64,000 nt of DNA from an uncultured delta proteobacterium (GCA_963817385.1 CAWFOM010000001.1:192001-256000), one strand, 5' to 3'. Positions 49,857 through 60,830 are shown, counted from the first letter of the stretch. Numbers and translations are program-made. Notes: generated by a model from the sequence alone, not told the origin.

Positions 49857-52800
49857 CTAGAAGGCGATTTTATACGACTCATCGGCGCCGATTTCGTGCT
49901 TCCCGATATAGACAGCCCCGCTCCAGCCGTCAATACTGATAAAATCCCCGCTTTGTATGGTTTTCTCGTCAACCATGCTGTACCCTTCCGACTCATAGAC
50001 GTGAAGCTTATTGAAGCCCACTACGCCGACTTTGTTGAGCTGGGGGATCGTAACCGCCGCATGGGACGTACCGCCGCCCCTCGCCGTCAGGATACCGTCG
50101 ACCTTCAGGATAATGCCGACATCGTCGGGAACCGTATCGGGGCGTATCAGGATCAAGGCCGTTTCCGGCTCCTTCTCTCTGAGCTGTTCGATCTCTTTTT
50201 CGGAATAGACCGCCCTTCCGGCTAATGCGCCGCCGCTTACCCCGATGCCCATGCCGAGAAAAGAGTGCTCGAGTTCCCGGTCAACGATAAAGGTTCTCAC
50301 TTTCCCCTGTTCCCGCTGAACCATGTCCCGCGTCTGGAGGATATAGAGGCCTTTTTTCGTGGCATCCTCGAAGGTAAATTCGATTTCCTGATGGTTGAAT
50401 CCTTTTTCATAGACCAGAATTTCCGCAATCCTGACCAGTTCGTTGTAGGTTTCCGGAAATTTCGTTTCGAGGGAGATGATGTCACCCCTTCTCTCGGCAA
50501 TCCGCTGTTTTTCCGAAATGGGGAATGTTTCCACGAGACCCGAGACGATATCATCCCCCTGAACGCAAAAGATGAAATCTCCGTAGATGGCGACGTCCTG
50601 CGATGAACCTTTGGGATCCCGGGTAAAGATCACCCCTGAACCGGAATTTTTATGCAGGTTACCGAACACCATGGCTTGGATAATGACGGCCGTGCCCCAT
50701 TCGTCGGAAAGATGCATCTGACGGCGGTATATCCGCGCCTGTTCGGAATTCCAGGAGGCGAAAACTTCAACGATGGCATGCTGCAACTGCTGATAGGGGT
50801 TATCCATGATCCTGATGCCCCGCGTTTGCATCGCCTCCTTATAGGAAAGGGCAAGCTGCCTCATCTGTTCCGGGTTGAACTGAATCTTCTTCACAACCGC
50901 GTATCGTTTTTTGTAACTTATCATAATTTCATCAAAAATGTTCCTTTCAAGTCCCTGGAACATTCCCCAGGTCTGTAAAAACCTGCGGTAAGAATCCCAT
51001 GCAGCCCACTGATGATCCTTTTCCTTGGCGAGACCATCCGCGATGGTTTCATTGATACCCACATTGAGAAATGAACACATCATACCGGGAAGGGAAATCG
51101 TGGCGCCGCTTCTGACGGAAAGCAGAAGGGGGTTCGCGGGATTGCCGAATGTTTTTCCGGTAATCCGTTCAAGCTCCCTGATCTGCTCGTAAACCCTATG
51201 CCTCAGATCCGCATAAATATATTTATACCGGATGACCCCTTCATAGCCCCGAAATACTTCCGTTGTAATAATAAATCCCGGCGGTACGGGCAGATTGAAT
51301 GATGTCAGCTGCTTTAACATGTAGGCCTTGTTGCCGATGAGGATCTGGTTGTCCGTATCCTTGTTTTTTTTATACAGGGTCGATATGGCCAATTCGGGGA
51401 TATAGGCCATGACCAGATTGAGGATCTCTTTATTGTCCTTGAATTTTTCAAGCTCGGCGCTCAGCGTCCTGATGATGGCATTCACGAAATTATCCAGGAC
51501 CTGCAGGCCGAATGCAGAGGCGATGATGGACCGGATAAAGTTTTCCGAGTATTGGTAAAAGGCCTTCGGGTCCTTGCGGGCCATGGCTTTCTTGTCCCCG
51601 TATTCATCACGATCGATCATCTGGCCGATGATGACGGGCAGATTGGCGCGATGGGCATCGATATAATAATCGCGGGTGATGTCCCGAATGCCCTTTGCAA
51701 TGAACTGGAAGATATCGATATACTGATCGATCGAAAACTGTCGTATCTGCAAAGCATTCGTAATGTACCGCAGCTTTGCCACGAGCCCTTCCGTTGCCAG
51801 ACCTTCGAGGTCGAGCGCTTTGATATAGAGCCCGAGGTATTCGTGGATTCTCAGGAGCGTACTTTTTGTGATGAACTTGAGATTCAGGGATTCCACGAGT
51901 TTTTCAAAGAGCACCGTGGCGAAGCTTTCCAGGCGGAGGGTGAGACCCATGGCTTCAAATTTTTCTTCACGATAGGTCCCGTACATGGAAGGGATGCCGG
52001 CCGCAATATGCCGTTTATGATAAATATTTTCAAAATAGTCTGTCTTTTGCGGTGAGAGTATCTTCTCTTTCAGAGAGGCGATCATGGCCAGAATGACGGT
52101 CAGGCTTTTGTAATCATCCTCTCTTGCCAGTGAGCGTTTGAGGGAACGAACGTTCCGAGGGTCAAGCAGGCAGGATGTTTCAAGGTCTTTCAGGATATCG
52201 ATGTGCTGATGGAAATATTTTTTATAGATCAGCTGATAGAACCTGATCATTAGTCCGGCACGTTCCTTTTCCCTCTCGATGACACCCTTGATACCGGCGA
52301 TCTCCCCGGCAATTTTCTCCTGGTTCCATTCAAGCAGCTTCGGGACATCGCCATGGATCTTCTCGAAGAGCCTGCCAAAGATGATATGGAGACCGTCAAA
52401 ATATTCTCCTGAAGCCTTGATCTCGCGGTAAACCTCCGCCGGCAGGTGATCCTTCAGACATGTTTTGTCGCCGGAGTTCCAGTAGCGGAATATATCTTCG
52501 ATGAAGGGCACCAAACGGCTGTTGCTTTCCACGTGGGACTGCTTCCGCAGAAAATAGATGAGCCGGTCGTTTCTGGCGGAAAGTTCATCCACCGCAGTGG
52601 AAATCGTACGAAGCTCCCCTTCCGCGCCTATCTCGCTGAAAAAAACCGGGAAGATTCTGAGGAGCTGTTTCACCAGGTTGTATGCCGGCAGGATATCCGA
52701 ATTGAGCAGCAGGGAGATATCCTTCTGGAGGAGGTCCGTATCCCGAACAAATACTCCCTTTAGCTTAAGATTGATAATGAGGGCCGAGAGCAGTTTCTTC

Positions 52801-54071
52801 GTCCATCTCGGCTTCCGGGCGATTATCTCCAGCCAGGAACGGACGTTTTTAATGTGGGTCGGGTTCACCCGGATCTGCCAGTCGGTGGTAGGTCCCTGAA
52901 CCTCGGGATGCTGAAAACCGAAGGCAACGAGCTCCTCGATGAAGGTATCCACAACGGCATGGTTGTTGGCTTCAAAGACTTCCTTGGCCAGGGTCGTGAT
53001 GCAATCGAGGATCGAACTCTGGTATTGATTCTGTGCGGCCGTTTTTTTCAACAACCGGAAGATCTTTCGTACAAGATCGTTGACATTACGATCATTTTCT
53101 TCCCGTAACGCTCTTCCCAGACAACGATTGATCTCGATCAGGCCTGCGTTGTAGATATCGGACAGCCCGGCAACGTTCATCATATTGAAGAGAAAATCGA
53201 GCTTTGCCAGATAGTGGCGTCCTTCAAAGGCGCTCGATTTTTCAAGGGCATCCGCAATTACAAGGTATCCGCTTGCGATCTGCACATGGTCGGGCATCTC
53301 CAGGTACGGCGCAATCGGATCCGCATCTCTCACTGCGCGATGGTCAATCTCTTCCAGACGGGCGAGCAATCCCCGGATATGCTCATGGGAAAGAGGGTTG
53401 ATCAGCTCTCGATAGGCGTCACGGCCTTCCGGGGTCTCGCCTTCCGCGGAGAACCATGGTGAAGGATCGGGTTGCGTCAACCAGAAACGGTACGTCGCTT
53501 TGAAAACTGCCGAGAGAAGTCCGAGGAGTTCATGATGGTCCGTGTTGATCGAATTCTCCCTCATCAGCCGTGCGGTCGCCTTCAGGTAGCTTGATGATTT
53601 TTTTAACATGTCACTCTGCGTCCGTGACAGATCGACGAGTGACTGCAAGACGGGTGAAAACAGGGCCGCGTTTCTCTGCAGAAGATTGTTGCTGTTGGAA
53701 AGAATGGTATTGAGGTATTCAAAACAGTAACGGACGGCACTGTCCCTGACCTCTTCATCGCGGGCCGAAGAGATGACGGCAAGATAGATATCCGCCAGCT
53801 TTTTCAGTGCGGGCAATCCCTCTTCATGGATGTTGAAGTCGTAGAAATCGCCTATGGAAAGGCTCTTGAGTTGGGCAAGCACATATTCCCAGTTCACAAA
53901 AGGGTGGTGCAGCTCGACAAGCAACTCTTCCGTCCGTTTGAAAACTCCGTAGTGGTCTTTTGCGACATCGAGGAGTATCCGGTATTCATCCGGGATCTCC
54001 ACATCCGCTCTGGTTCTTTCCAGATTGATCTCCAAGGCGGTCAAAGGCCGCGTCGTTTCCTGTGTATCCAT
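49857..54071 (-). CDS. PPDK-like dikinase: long N-terminal region, ATP-grasp domain and phospho-His domain
   Basis: IGNKA..L, VPPGF, LLSVRSGA..S.PGMM, QAMVFGN, QGDDIVSG, LQTR and GGGTSHAA; ends without a pyruvate-binding barrel. Confidence 0.88.
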   Translation of the reverse strand: MDTQETTRPLTALEINLERTRADVEIPDEYRILLDVAKDHYGVFKRTEELLVELHHPFVNWEYVLAQLKSLSIGDFYDFNIHEEGLPALKKLADIYLAVISSARDEEVRDSAVRYCFEYLNTILSNSNNLLQRNAALFSPVLQSLVDLSRTQSDMLKKSSSYLKATARLMRENSINTDHHELLGLLSAVFKATYRFWLTQPDPSPWFSAEGETPEGRDAYRELINPLSHEHIRGLLARLEEIDHRAVRDADPIAPYLEMPDHVQIASGYLVIADALEKSSAFEGRHYLAKLDFLFNMMNVAGLSDIYNAGLIEINRCLGRALREENDRNVNDLVRKIFRLLKKTAAQNQYQSSILDCITTLAKEVFEANNHAVVDTFIEELVAFGFQHPEVQGPTTDWQIRVNPTHIKNVRSWLEIIARKPRWTKKLLSALIINLKLKGVFVRDTDLLQKDISLLLNSDILPAYNLVKQLLRIFPVFFSEIGAEGELRTISTAVDELSARNDRLIYFLRKQSHVESNSRLVPFIEDIFRYWNSGDKTCLKDHLPAEVYREIKASGEYFDGLHIIFGRLFEKIHGDVPKLLEWNQEKIAGEIAGIKGVIEREKERAGLMIRFYQLIYKKYFHQHIDILKDLETSCLLDPRNVRSLKRSLAREDDYKSLTVILAMIASLKEKILSPQKTDYFENIYHKRHIAAGIPSMYGTYREEKFEAMGLTLRLESFATVLFEKLVESLNLKFITKSTLLRIHEYLGLYIKALDLEGLATEGLVAKLRYITNALQIRQFSIDQYIDIFQFIAKGIRDITRDYYIDAHRANLPVIIGQMIDRDEYGDKKAMARKDPKAFYQYSENFIRSIIASAFGLQVLDNFVNAIIRTLSAELEKFKDNKEILNLVMAYIPELAISTLYKKNKDTDNQILIGNKAYMLKQLTSFNLPVPPGFIITTEVFRGYEGVIRYKYIYADLRHRVYEQIRELERITGKTFGNPANPLLLSVRSGATISLPGMMCSFLNVGINETIADGLAKEKDHQWAAWDSYRRFLQTWGMFQGLERNIFDEIMISYKKRYAVVKKIQFNPEQMRQLALSYKEAMQTRGIRIMDNPYQQLQHAIVEVFASWNSEQARIYRRQMHLSDEWGTAVIIQAMVFGNLHKNSGSGVIFTRDPKGSSQDVAIYGDFIFCVQGDDIVSGLVETFPISEKQRIAERRGDIISLETKFPETYNELVRIAEILVYEKGFNHQEIEFTFEDATKKGLYILQTRDMVQREQGKVRTFIVDRELEHSFLGMGIGVSGGALAGRAVYSEKEIEQLREKEPETALILIRPDTVPDDVGIILKVDGILTARGGGTSHAAVTIPQLNKVGVVGFNKLHVYESEGYSMVDEKTIQSGDFISIDGWSGAVYIGKHEIGADESYKIAF

Positions 54072-54187
54072 GCTTGCAGATTAATGCGAATCCCGGAATA
54101 TTGCAATTGAAGATTCGTAAGGAATGGAACCATTCGCTGTGCGCTCGCTGATAGTTTCATAGCTTCCCCGGCTCTGCAAAAAATAGG

Positions 54188-54216
54188 TTGACGAATATTG
54201 ACCGGCTGACTATACT
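54188..54216 (+). promoter_or_regulatory. tpiA promoter
   Basis: TTGACG-17-TATACT. Confidence 0.7.
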
Positions 54217-54242
54217 CCAATTTTATTGATCATTTGGAGGAT

Positions 54243-54995
54243 ATGATGGTAAAGCCGGTTATCGCGGGCAACTGGAAGATGAACAAGACGATAGCGGAGG
54301 CGGTTGCATTTGCCACAAGCCTCCGGGCGGCGTACAGCGCCCCTCCCGATCGGGAGGTGATCATCGCCCCGCCCTTCACGGCGCTCCGGGCCGTTTCTGA
54401 CGCCATCCGGGGCTCTTCCATCCTTCTGGCCGCCCAGAATCTGCATGAGGCGGAAAAGGGGGCTTATACCGGCGAGATCTCCGCCGGTATGCTCCGTGAG
54501 GCCGGTTGTGCCTGCGTCATCGTCGGCCATTCGGAGCGGCGCACCCTCTTCGGCGAAGGCGACCCCCTCATCAACCGGAAGCTCCGGACTGCCATCACCG
54601 CCGGCTTGAAACCGATCTTCTGTGTCGGAGAGTCCCTCCGGCAGCGGGAAGAAGACGAAACGAAAACGGTCATCGAACGTCAGCTAAAAGAGGGATTGAA
54701 TAATTTTACCGCCAATGATATAGGGTGCTGCGTAATCGCCTACGAGCCGGTCTGGGCGATCGGCACCGGCAAGACGGCGAGCCCGGCTCAGGCCGAGGAG
54801 GTACATCGCTTCATCCGGGAATGGATAGCCGGCCGATACGGACAAGAGAAAGCGGCAGCGATGGCAATCCTCTACGGGGGCAGCGTCACACCGAAGAATA
54901 TCGCCGATCTGATGGCCCAGCCGGACATCAACGGAGCTCTGGTCGGAGGGGCCAGTCTGGAGGTCGATTCGTTCATCCGGATTATTTGTTATTGA
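54243..54995 (+). CDS. tpiA: Triosephosphate isomerase
   Basis: AGNWKMN, GHSERR, AYEPVWAIGTG and YGGS motifs. Confidence 0.97.
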   Translation: MMVKPVIAGNWKMNKTIAEAVAFATSLRAAYSAPPDREVIIAPPFTALRAVSDAIRGSSILLAAQNLHEAEKGAYTGEISAGMLREAGCACVIVGHSERRTLFGEGDPLINRKLRTAITAGLKPIFCVGESLRQREEDETKTVIERQLKEGLNNFTANDIGCCVIAYEPVWAIGTGKTASPAQAEEVHRFIREWIAGRYGQEKAAAMAILYGGSVTPKNIADLMAQPDINGALVGGASLEVDSFIRIICY

Positions 54996-55017
54996 ATACC
55001 ATTCAAGGAGTGTAAAA

Positions 55018-55389
55018 GTGCAAATTCTTATTACCATAGTACATGTGACCGTCTGCATCGTCCTGATCCTTGTCGTCCTGCTGCAGGCAGGCAAGGGCGC
55101 CAATATGGGTGCGGTTTTCGGAGGATCCAGTCAGACGATCTTCGGAAGCAGCGGTCCCGGAACCTTCCTCGGCAAGATGACGACCGGGGTCGCCATCATC
55201 TTCATGCTGACCTCGTTCAGCCTCTCGTATACCGCCTCCCGCAAGGGGAGTTCCCTGATGGAAAACGCAGCCCGGCCAGCGGCGCAGAGAACGGTGCCCC
55301 TGCCGAATCCAGCGGCACCATCGGTACCGGCAGCTCCGGTCGCTATCCCTATAGCTCCGGCCCCGGTGACGCCCCAGACGGCCAAATAG
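55018..55389 (+). CDS. secG: Preprotein translocase SecG
   Basis: VLLQAGKGA.MG..FGG; follows tpiA. Confidence 0.95.
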   Translation: MQILITIVHVTVCIVLILVVLLQAGKGANMGAVFGGSSQTIFGSSGPGTFLGKMTTGVAIIFMLTSFSLSYTASRKGSSLMENAARPAAQRTVPLPNPAAPSVPAAPVAIPIAPAPVTPQTAK

Positions 55390-55427
55390 CCCCGCACACC
55401 GAGGAGCGGACGCACGCTCTTTTCATG

Positions 55428-55456
55428 TTGACAAAGTTATTTTAAACGGATAAGTT
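55428..55456 (+). promoter_or_regulatory. tRNA promoter
   Basis: TTGACA-17-TAAGTT. Confidence 0.6.
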
Positions 55457-55511
55457 CGCGCCAAAAGTTCATTCCTGCAAGCGTGGTAACGTTGCAGGAA
55501 ACGAGATGGAT

Positions 55512-55598
55512 GCCGAAGTGGTGGAATCTGGTAGACACGCTATCTTGAGGGGGTAGTGGACAAAATCCGTCCGGGTTCAAGTCCCGGCTTCGGCACCA
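55512..55598 (+). tRNA. tRNA-Leu(GAG)
   Basis: GCCGAAG/CTTCGGC acceptor stem, anticodon loop TTGAGGG, long variable arm, GTTCAAG T-loop, encoded CCA; usual secG linkage. Confidence 0.96.
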
Positions 55599-55610
55599 AT
55601 AAGAGAAACA

Positions 55611-55645
55611 GGGGGTTAGCTGATTAATCGGTTAACCCTCTTTTA
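55611..55645 (+). terminator. Hairpin plus T-tract after tRNA
   Basis: GGGTTAGCTGA..TCGGTTAACCC followed by TCTTTT. Confidence 0.6.
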
Positions 55646-55875
55646 GTTTGAGGGGTGCTTGGTCAACGTTTTGGTCAACACTTTTCAGAAAGCCTTCCAT
55701 GTGGTCAACAGCCTTCCGGGTATCGGTCACATCAACGGTATTATATCTGAGAAACATTTCCCTTGTGGAATGACCCGTGATTTTCATGATGACCCATTCC
55801 GGGACTCCTGACTTTCTCATATTTGCATTGAAGCAATGGCGGGTGTCATGGAAGACAAACCCCCCTTTCGTTCCC
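55632..55875 (-). pseudogene. Tyrosine integrase C-terminal remnant
   Basis: FHDTRHCFNANMRKSGV..IMKITGHSTREMFLRY (HxxR, H, Y); abuts the tRNA 3' end. Confidence 0.88.
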
Positions 55876-56023
55876 AGGGTGATGAATACTTATTGCCTTA
55901 ACCTACAAACAAATGACCTGCAATGAAAGTTAAGAAAAGTCATTTTATGTTGCAGTATTCCGATTAATCTGCCATAATAACAAATATGTATGGGTAACAA
56001 GATCTAAAAATGGAGGTGCTTTC

Positions 56024-56317
56024 ATGAGAAAAATTGTCGCGACCCTGTTTGTTGCAATCGCCCTCATTGCTGCTTCGGGGCCAGCATTCGGAGGCGATGC
56101 GGAGAACATACCGGTAGATGTACTAATCATAAGGCCAATAACTCTGATTGGCGCTGTGCTCGGTACGGCGCTGTTCGTTGTCGCTTTGCCTTTTTCCATC
56201 CCGAGTGGAAGCGTCAAAATGACGGCCAAAAAGCTGATCGTGGAACCTTTCAAATTTACTTTTACTAGACCCCTCGGAGAGTTCGACGAAAAAAGAGAAC
56301 CAAGCAACGCTCCCTAG
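56024..56317 (+). CDS. Small exported/membrane hypothetical protein
   Basis: GGAGG RBS; signal peptide; DVLIIRP...PFKFTFTRPLG. Confidence 0.75.
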   Translation: MRKIVATLFVAIALIAASGPAFGGDAENIPVDVLIIRPITLIGAVLGTALFVVALPFSIPSGSVKMTAKKLIVEPFKFTFTRPLGEFDEKREPSNAP

Positions 56318-56319
56318 AA

Positions 56320-56530
56320 AGAACCGGATGAACCTGGGTCCTCCGTTGTGCGTTTTTCTGATGAACCCGGTAGCCTGGAGCTCCCTGATGCATTTTGCAA
56401 AGGTAGACTTTGCGAATCCCAAGTCATTGCCCTCCGGGTATGAAAAATTGAATTCTGCCTGGTGATATCCGGTGTGTGATTGCGGCACCTTCACTTTGCC
56501 CAGGAAATAGGGCAGGATCTTTGCCAAAAT
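56320..56530 (-). pseudogene. Possible winged-helix mobile-element protein fragment
   Basis: FNFSYPE..LGFAKSTFAKCIRELQATGFI HTH-like segment; no clear start or end. Confidence 0.4.
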
Positions 56531-56765
56531 ATCGAACTCATCATGGGGAATCGGGTCTTTGCCCGATTCCCCGTTTTAATCTCCTTGTTCGCAAGGATCG
56601 CATCAAGAACGTAAATGAAGTCCAAGGGCTTAGTGATGCGGAAAGGCTGAAGAGGTCTTGCTGAACGAACCGCTCAGAATTCACGCAAAAAACAGAGGCC
56701 GTGAGACCCTCCAGCAGTATGGGACTGGAAGCGCCATCACGGCCTCTCATTTACGGCTTTTTTAC

Positions 56766-57107
56766 TTACTTTTGACTCACGACTCGATACGCCTGCTCTT
56801 CCGTCCGAACTTCAGGAGCATAACGTTGTAGGCCGCCGTCATCGATCGCCTTGCTGTCCTTGTAAACGAAATAGCGAAAGCCAATGTCCATCGCATTACT
56901 GTATTTGTAGAACCTTTTTTCCGCCCCATCGTTAAATACCTGGATCACGGAAGGCTTCCCCCATACGGCCTCATTTTCCGCTATCGTCTTTCCGGTTGCG
57001 AAAAATCCGCCGGCTGAAGCCGTCCAGGCACCGACCGTCAGCAGCATCAGGGTTGCAAAGGTTACGGCCAAAATCATTCTTTTGTTCCATCTCTTTGTTG
57101 TTCTCAT
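56766..57107 (-). CDS. Hypothetical exported protein
   Basis: GGAGG RBS; signal peptide ending ASA. Confidence 0.65.
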   Translation of the reverse strand: MRTTKRWNKRMILAVTFATLMLLTVGAWTASAGGFFATGKTIAENEAVWGKPSVIQVFNDGAEKRFYKYSNAMDIGFRYFVYKDSKAIDDGGLQRYAPEVRTEEQAYRVVSQK

Positions 57108-57173
57108 TTTTTTCCTCCATTTGTTTTATCTCCCTCAGGGGAGATAAATTCATTTGCTGATACCAGCCCATTG

Positions 57174-57338
57174 TTATTTCGTGCCACAGCATGCGGGAAA
57201 GTATTTCTTTATATTTTCCGCTGTGCAGCAGTTCTCAAAAACGGTCTTACATTTGTCCTTGAGTTCATCTCCTGTGATCTCAAAGCGATATCCATCTTCG
57301 AGTTCCGTAACGTTGACACTGCAACATTTCTTCTCCAT
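57174..57338 (-). CDS. Cys-rich microprotein (54 aa, not in ORF track)
   Basis: MEKKCCSVNVTELEDGYRFEITGDELKDKCKTVFENCCTAENIKKYFPACCGTK; GGAGG RBS. Confidence 0.75.
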   Translation of the reverse strand: MEKKCCSVNVTELEDGYRFEITGDELKDKCKTVFENCCTAENIKKYFPACCGTK

Positions 57339-57361
57339 TCATCTCACCTCCTTTCTCTATT

Positions 57362-57387
57362 CTATTGTTCGTATATTATCGAACTAT
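57362..57387. promoter_or_regulatory. Putative ArsR operator
   Basis: GTTCG-TATATTAT-CGAAC palindrome; ATAGTTCGAT half-site recurs at the arsR start (57726-57735). Confidence 0.55.
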
Positions 57388-57401
57388 ATAGATAAAAAAA
57401 T

Positions 57402-57743
57402 TTACGCCAGAAACCTCTTTATTTCGTCAATGACATCTTGATTAATCATGCATCGAAAAGTTTGCCCTTCCCGTTCACATGTTATCAGTCCCGCATTCTG
57501 TAGTTCTTTAAAATGGTGAGAAATTGTCGAGCGCGAAAGCTTGATAGATCCGCACATTTTCGTAAATGCCTTTTCGATGCCTTTTCTTACAGGACAACAC
57601 GGGTCTTCTTCCGGGATGTGAAATTCAGAAGCCCCTTTCACCGTTTCCGACGGACAGCACTGCTTATAGATCATCATAAAAATTTTCAGCCGTTGCTCGT
57701 TGGAGAGTGCTTTAAATATTTTTGCATAGTTCGATTGTTCCAT
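57402..57743 (-). CDS. ArsR/SmtB family regulator
   Basis: IFKALSNEQRLKI, SRSTISHHFKEL..AGLI; two CC pairs. Confidence 0.92.
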   Translation of the reverse strand: MEQSNYAKIFKALSNEQRLKIFMMIYKQCCPSETVKGASEFHIPEEDPCCPVRKGIEKAFTKMCGSIKLSRSTISHHFKELQNAGLITCEREGQTFRCMINQDVIDEIKRFLA

Positions 57744-57785
57744 AATTATAGAATAATACATTTCCTGAATTTGTCAATACCTTTT

Positions 57786-59191
57786 TTAAAAAAAATTCTG
57801 AACCCGGCCGATGTCCGAACGACACATATCCCTGCCACAGTCCATATATCCCTTTTTGAGTTTTGCAAGGATAATACGGATATTTTATCAGCAGTTTCAG
57901 GGCGCGCATCACCCCGTACTTTCTGAGAATGCCAAACGTGTGACGGACCGGCAGAGCGTTTCCAAACAGCCATGCCAGCTCGGCGTAAAACTCCTTTAAA
58001 GGCAGAGTTGTGGGTAAAACTGTGTGCATGAAATCAAACATCTCATGTCTTTTTGTCAGCAGTTCGGACTCCCGCTCATTATACAAAGCCGTGCCCGGAA
58101 GTGGGGTCAATACGCTGAATGAAGCGTATTTGAGATTCAGCATTCGTACATACCGGACAAGCTCTCTGAAATCTTCGCGGCTGAATGCCGGATCGACAAT
58201 AAAATTCGCGTACAAGAGTATGCCTAACTCATCCAGAATTTTAACCGCCTGCGCTTGCTGTTCCGTAGTAATGCCCTTGTTCAAGCCTTCAAGACGCCGG
58301 TCGGAGAAACTCTCCATGCCGACAAACACCTGCGTCAGCCCTATATCCCGCCACTGCCTGAACAATTCTGGGTGTCTGATAATAGTATCCACCCGCGCAT
58401 AGAGAAAAAACTTCTTTTTGTATCCCGGCTTCGCGTATCAAATCGCCAAGCCGCTTGATTCTGTGGACATCGCACATGGACTCGTCGTCGCAGAAAAAAA
58501 CTTTTGTTTCTCTGATAGTTTTTAGTTCCTCCACCACCGACTCCGGACTTCTGCGCAGATACTTCCCGTCGGTTATCGCCCAGAGGGCGCAGAAGTTGCA
58601 CCGCGACGTGCAACCGAGAGACGTTCGGATAGAGGCAAGCGGTTTCAGCCACTCGTTGAAATAATTACTCCGGTATTTGTTGGTAAGTGTGCGGTCGGGA
58701 AACGGAAGCGAATCGAGCTCGGGATGAACCCGCTTCTCGGTGAAGCGCATCTCAGAGCCTGGAATCCCGAGCCCACCAATATCATCAAAATTCCTGCCGT
58801 GTTTCAGCCGCTCGGTGATCTCACGGATAGCCCCGACGCCTTCGCCAACAACGACGAGATCAATGAATCCTTCGTTGAAATCCTCCGGACTGACCGTTGC
58901 GTGATGCCCGCCGACGACAATGAATACATTCGGGTTTATCGCTTTCAGCCGGGCAGCGATATCCTTTACGATAGGCACCTGATTCGTATAACCCGTGATG
59001 CCTGCCATCTGCGGGTTGAATCTTTCAAACGCCCCTTCAATATCGGAATCTATTCTCGCGTCAATAACGGCAACTTCATGCCCGTCCAGTTTCAAGCCCG
59101 CTCCCAGATACTCCAGAGCCAGAGGCTCATGCATAAACACCTCTTCGGTAAATTCCGCGCTGCACCGCGGCTGTATAAGCAAAACTTTCAA
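57786..59191 (-). CDS. B12-binding radical SAM protein (frameshifted; 3' end approximate)
   Basis: EPLALEYL, GGHHAT, GEG, GCTSRCNFC and LTPLPGT motifs. Confidence 0.88.
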
Positions 59192-59241
59192 GATTGCCCC
59201 TTGCCGAATTTTTGTTTTGAGCAATTTAATTCCGTTCCTCA

Positions 59242-60072
59242 TCAAAAAAGCATCCATCCGCCCCATGCTATTAATCCGATACCGCCAGCCCGGCTGATAA
59301 ACCGTCCCGCGGGAGAGATTTTTTCAATAAGCATAAATACGGTAAGCGCCGCCATCCATACAAGGTTCATGATCCCGAGGGCGAAAGACAGCAGCATCAG
59401 AAGCCAGCAGCAGCCGACACAGTAAAGGCCGTAGCGGCTGCCGAGATTGAATGCGCCCATGTTACCGGACCGCCAGTGTGTGAGCAGGAAGCCCATGGGA
59501 TTTCTGCATTTTGCCATGCAGGCGTCTTTCCACGGAGTCCACTGGAATATCCCCGCAGCGATGATCAGGATACCTCCGAGTACGGGCCCGGAGGCGAGTG
59601 TTGCGGGAGAGAGTAGCGCCGTCCGGAGAAGTCCCCATTGAGCGACCGTTGCTCCGGCGCTATATAGTGTCCATGTGCCCAGGTAACCTCCTGTAAATGC
59701 CCAGACCGGCACTATAACACTTCCGCGCTCACGCCGGCGGTTAACGATCATGAATGCCAGAACCATTGGCATTGCCGTGGGCAGCATCATCGCCGCCATC
59801 ATTACCGCCCACATGATGAAGGTCATCCCTGTTTCTTCCACACCCCAGGCGGCGAGATGGGGCGTAATGGCGGAATGCATCGCGCCATGGCCGGTCATAT
59901 GGTGGAGGCCATGTTCAGCCATGACCCCGGCGACAGGCGTGTGTGCGCTCATCGTTCGCGCCATCTGTATGGTATATGCCCAGGCAAGAACGGATATGAT
60001 AATGAGTCCCCCGGCCACAAGAAGGCGTTCGCCAAACGCGGGCCCGTATTGCTTTGCTTCGATCTTATTCAT
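59242..60072 (-). CDS. DUF2182-like metal-binding membrane protein
   Basis: MMAAMMLP, KDACMAKC, CVGCCWLLM and EK motifs. Confidence 0.88.
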   Translation of the reverse strand: MNKIEAKQYGPAFGERLLVAGGLIIISVLAWAYTIQMARTMSAHTPVAGVMAEHGLHHMTGHGAMHSAITPHLAAWGVEETGMTFIMWAVMMAAMMLPTAMPMVLAFMIVNRRRERGSVIVPVWAFTGGYLGTWTLYSAGATVAQWGLLRTALLSPATLASGPVLGGILIIAAGIFQWTPWKDACMAKCRNPMGFLLTHWRSGNMGAFNLGSRYGLYCVGCCWLLMLLSFALGIMNLVWMAALTVFMLIEKISPAGRFISRAGGIGLIAWGGWMLF

Positions 60073-60689
60073 GGCCCCTTCCATGAGAAGTTGGAATAAA
60101 GTGCGTGAGTGCCTTCGGTTGCAAGGCTGTAGCCCCGGTCAATACAGCGGGAGAAACCACGGGCAAGCGTATGTGTCGGGCCGTGTACAGTGTTATAAAG
60201 ATTTTCCAGGGTTGCCTGAGCATTGGGGTTTGCACCCCGCAGTCCCTCTATTCTCGTTTCAAAAAGGCCGATTACCGTCAGGCTTTTCTTGTGGCCCTCA
60301 TCCTTGAAATCAAAGGCTGCTGTTCGTGTTTCCAGCCATGTTCCGACGAACCGGGCAAGTATTTCCCATGGTCCGCCCGCACTGCCTTTCAGTATTGTTT
60401 CCAACGCTTCTCGCTGGAAGGCATCGGCTGATTCGTCCAGGTAAAGCGCTTCCGTCCAGTCCCCCTCATACATTCTTTGGGGCGCGTCATAGAGCATAAC
60501 TACGCATAAGCCGGCCAGGGGGATATCCCAGTAATGACCTTCATTGAAACGTATTGCCCAGTAGCCGGTACACCGCTCATTTGTGCACTTCTGTTTGAAA
60601 GAGACATGGGCGGCGCAGATGAGCTGACAGTTGCAGTTCTCGAACAGGAGACCCTTTGCGTACCATTTGGGAATGTTGATGGTTGTCAT
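60069..60689 (-). CDS. DUF1326-like protein
   Basis: ENCNC..CA.H, DE.A..QREAL..I..G..GGP; ATGA-coupled to the DUF2182 gene. Confidence 0.85.
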   Translation of the reverse strand: MTTINIPKWYAKGLLFENCNCQLICAAHVSFKQKCTNERCTGYWAIRFNEGHYWDIPLAGLCVVMLYDAPQRMYEGDWTEALYLDESADAFQREALETILKGSAGGPWEILARFVGTWLETRTAAFDFKDEGHKKSLTVIGLFETRIEGLRGANPNAQATLENLYNTVHGPTHTLARGFSRCIDRGYSLATEGTHALYSNFSWKGP

Positions 60690-60830
60690 TTATCTTCTCC
60701 TTCATGATATTCGGCAAAAGACATCGGCTTTCTCCCTTAAAGAAGCTTTGCGGCTAGTTTCAATATACGTCCCGCGATGACGGCACATCCTGTGGCAGGG
60801 ATGGAAAATCTGATTTCTTTTTTCTATTTC

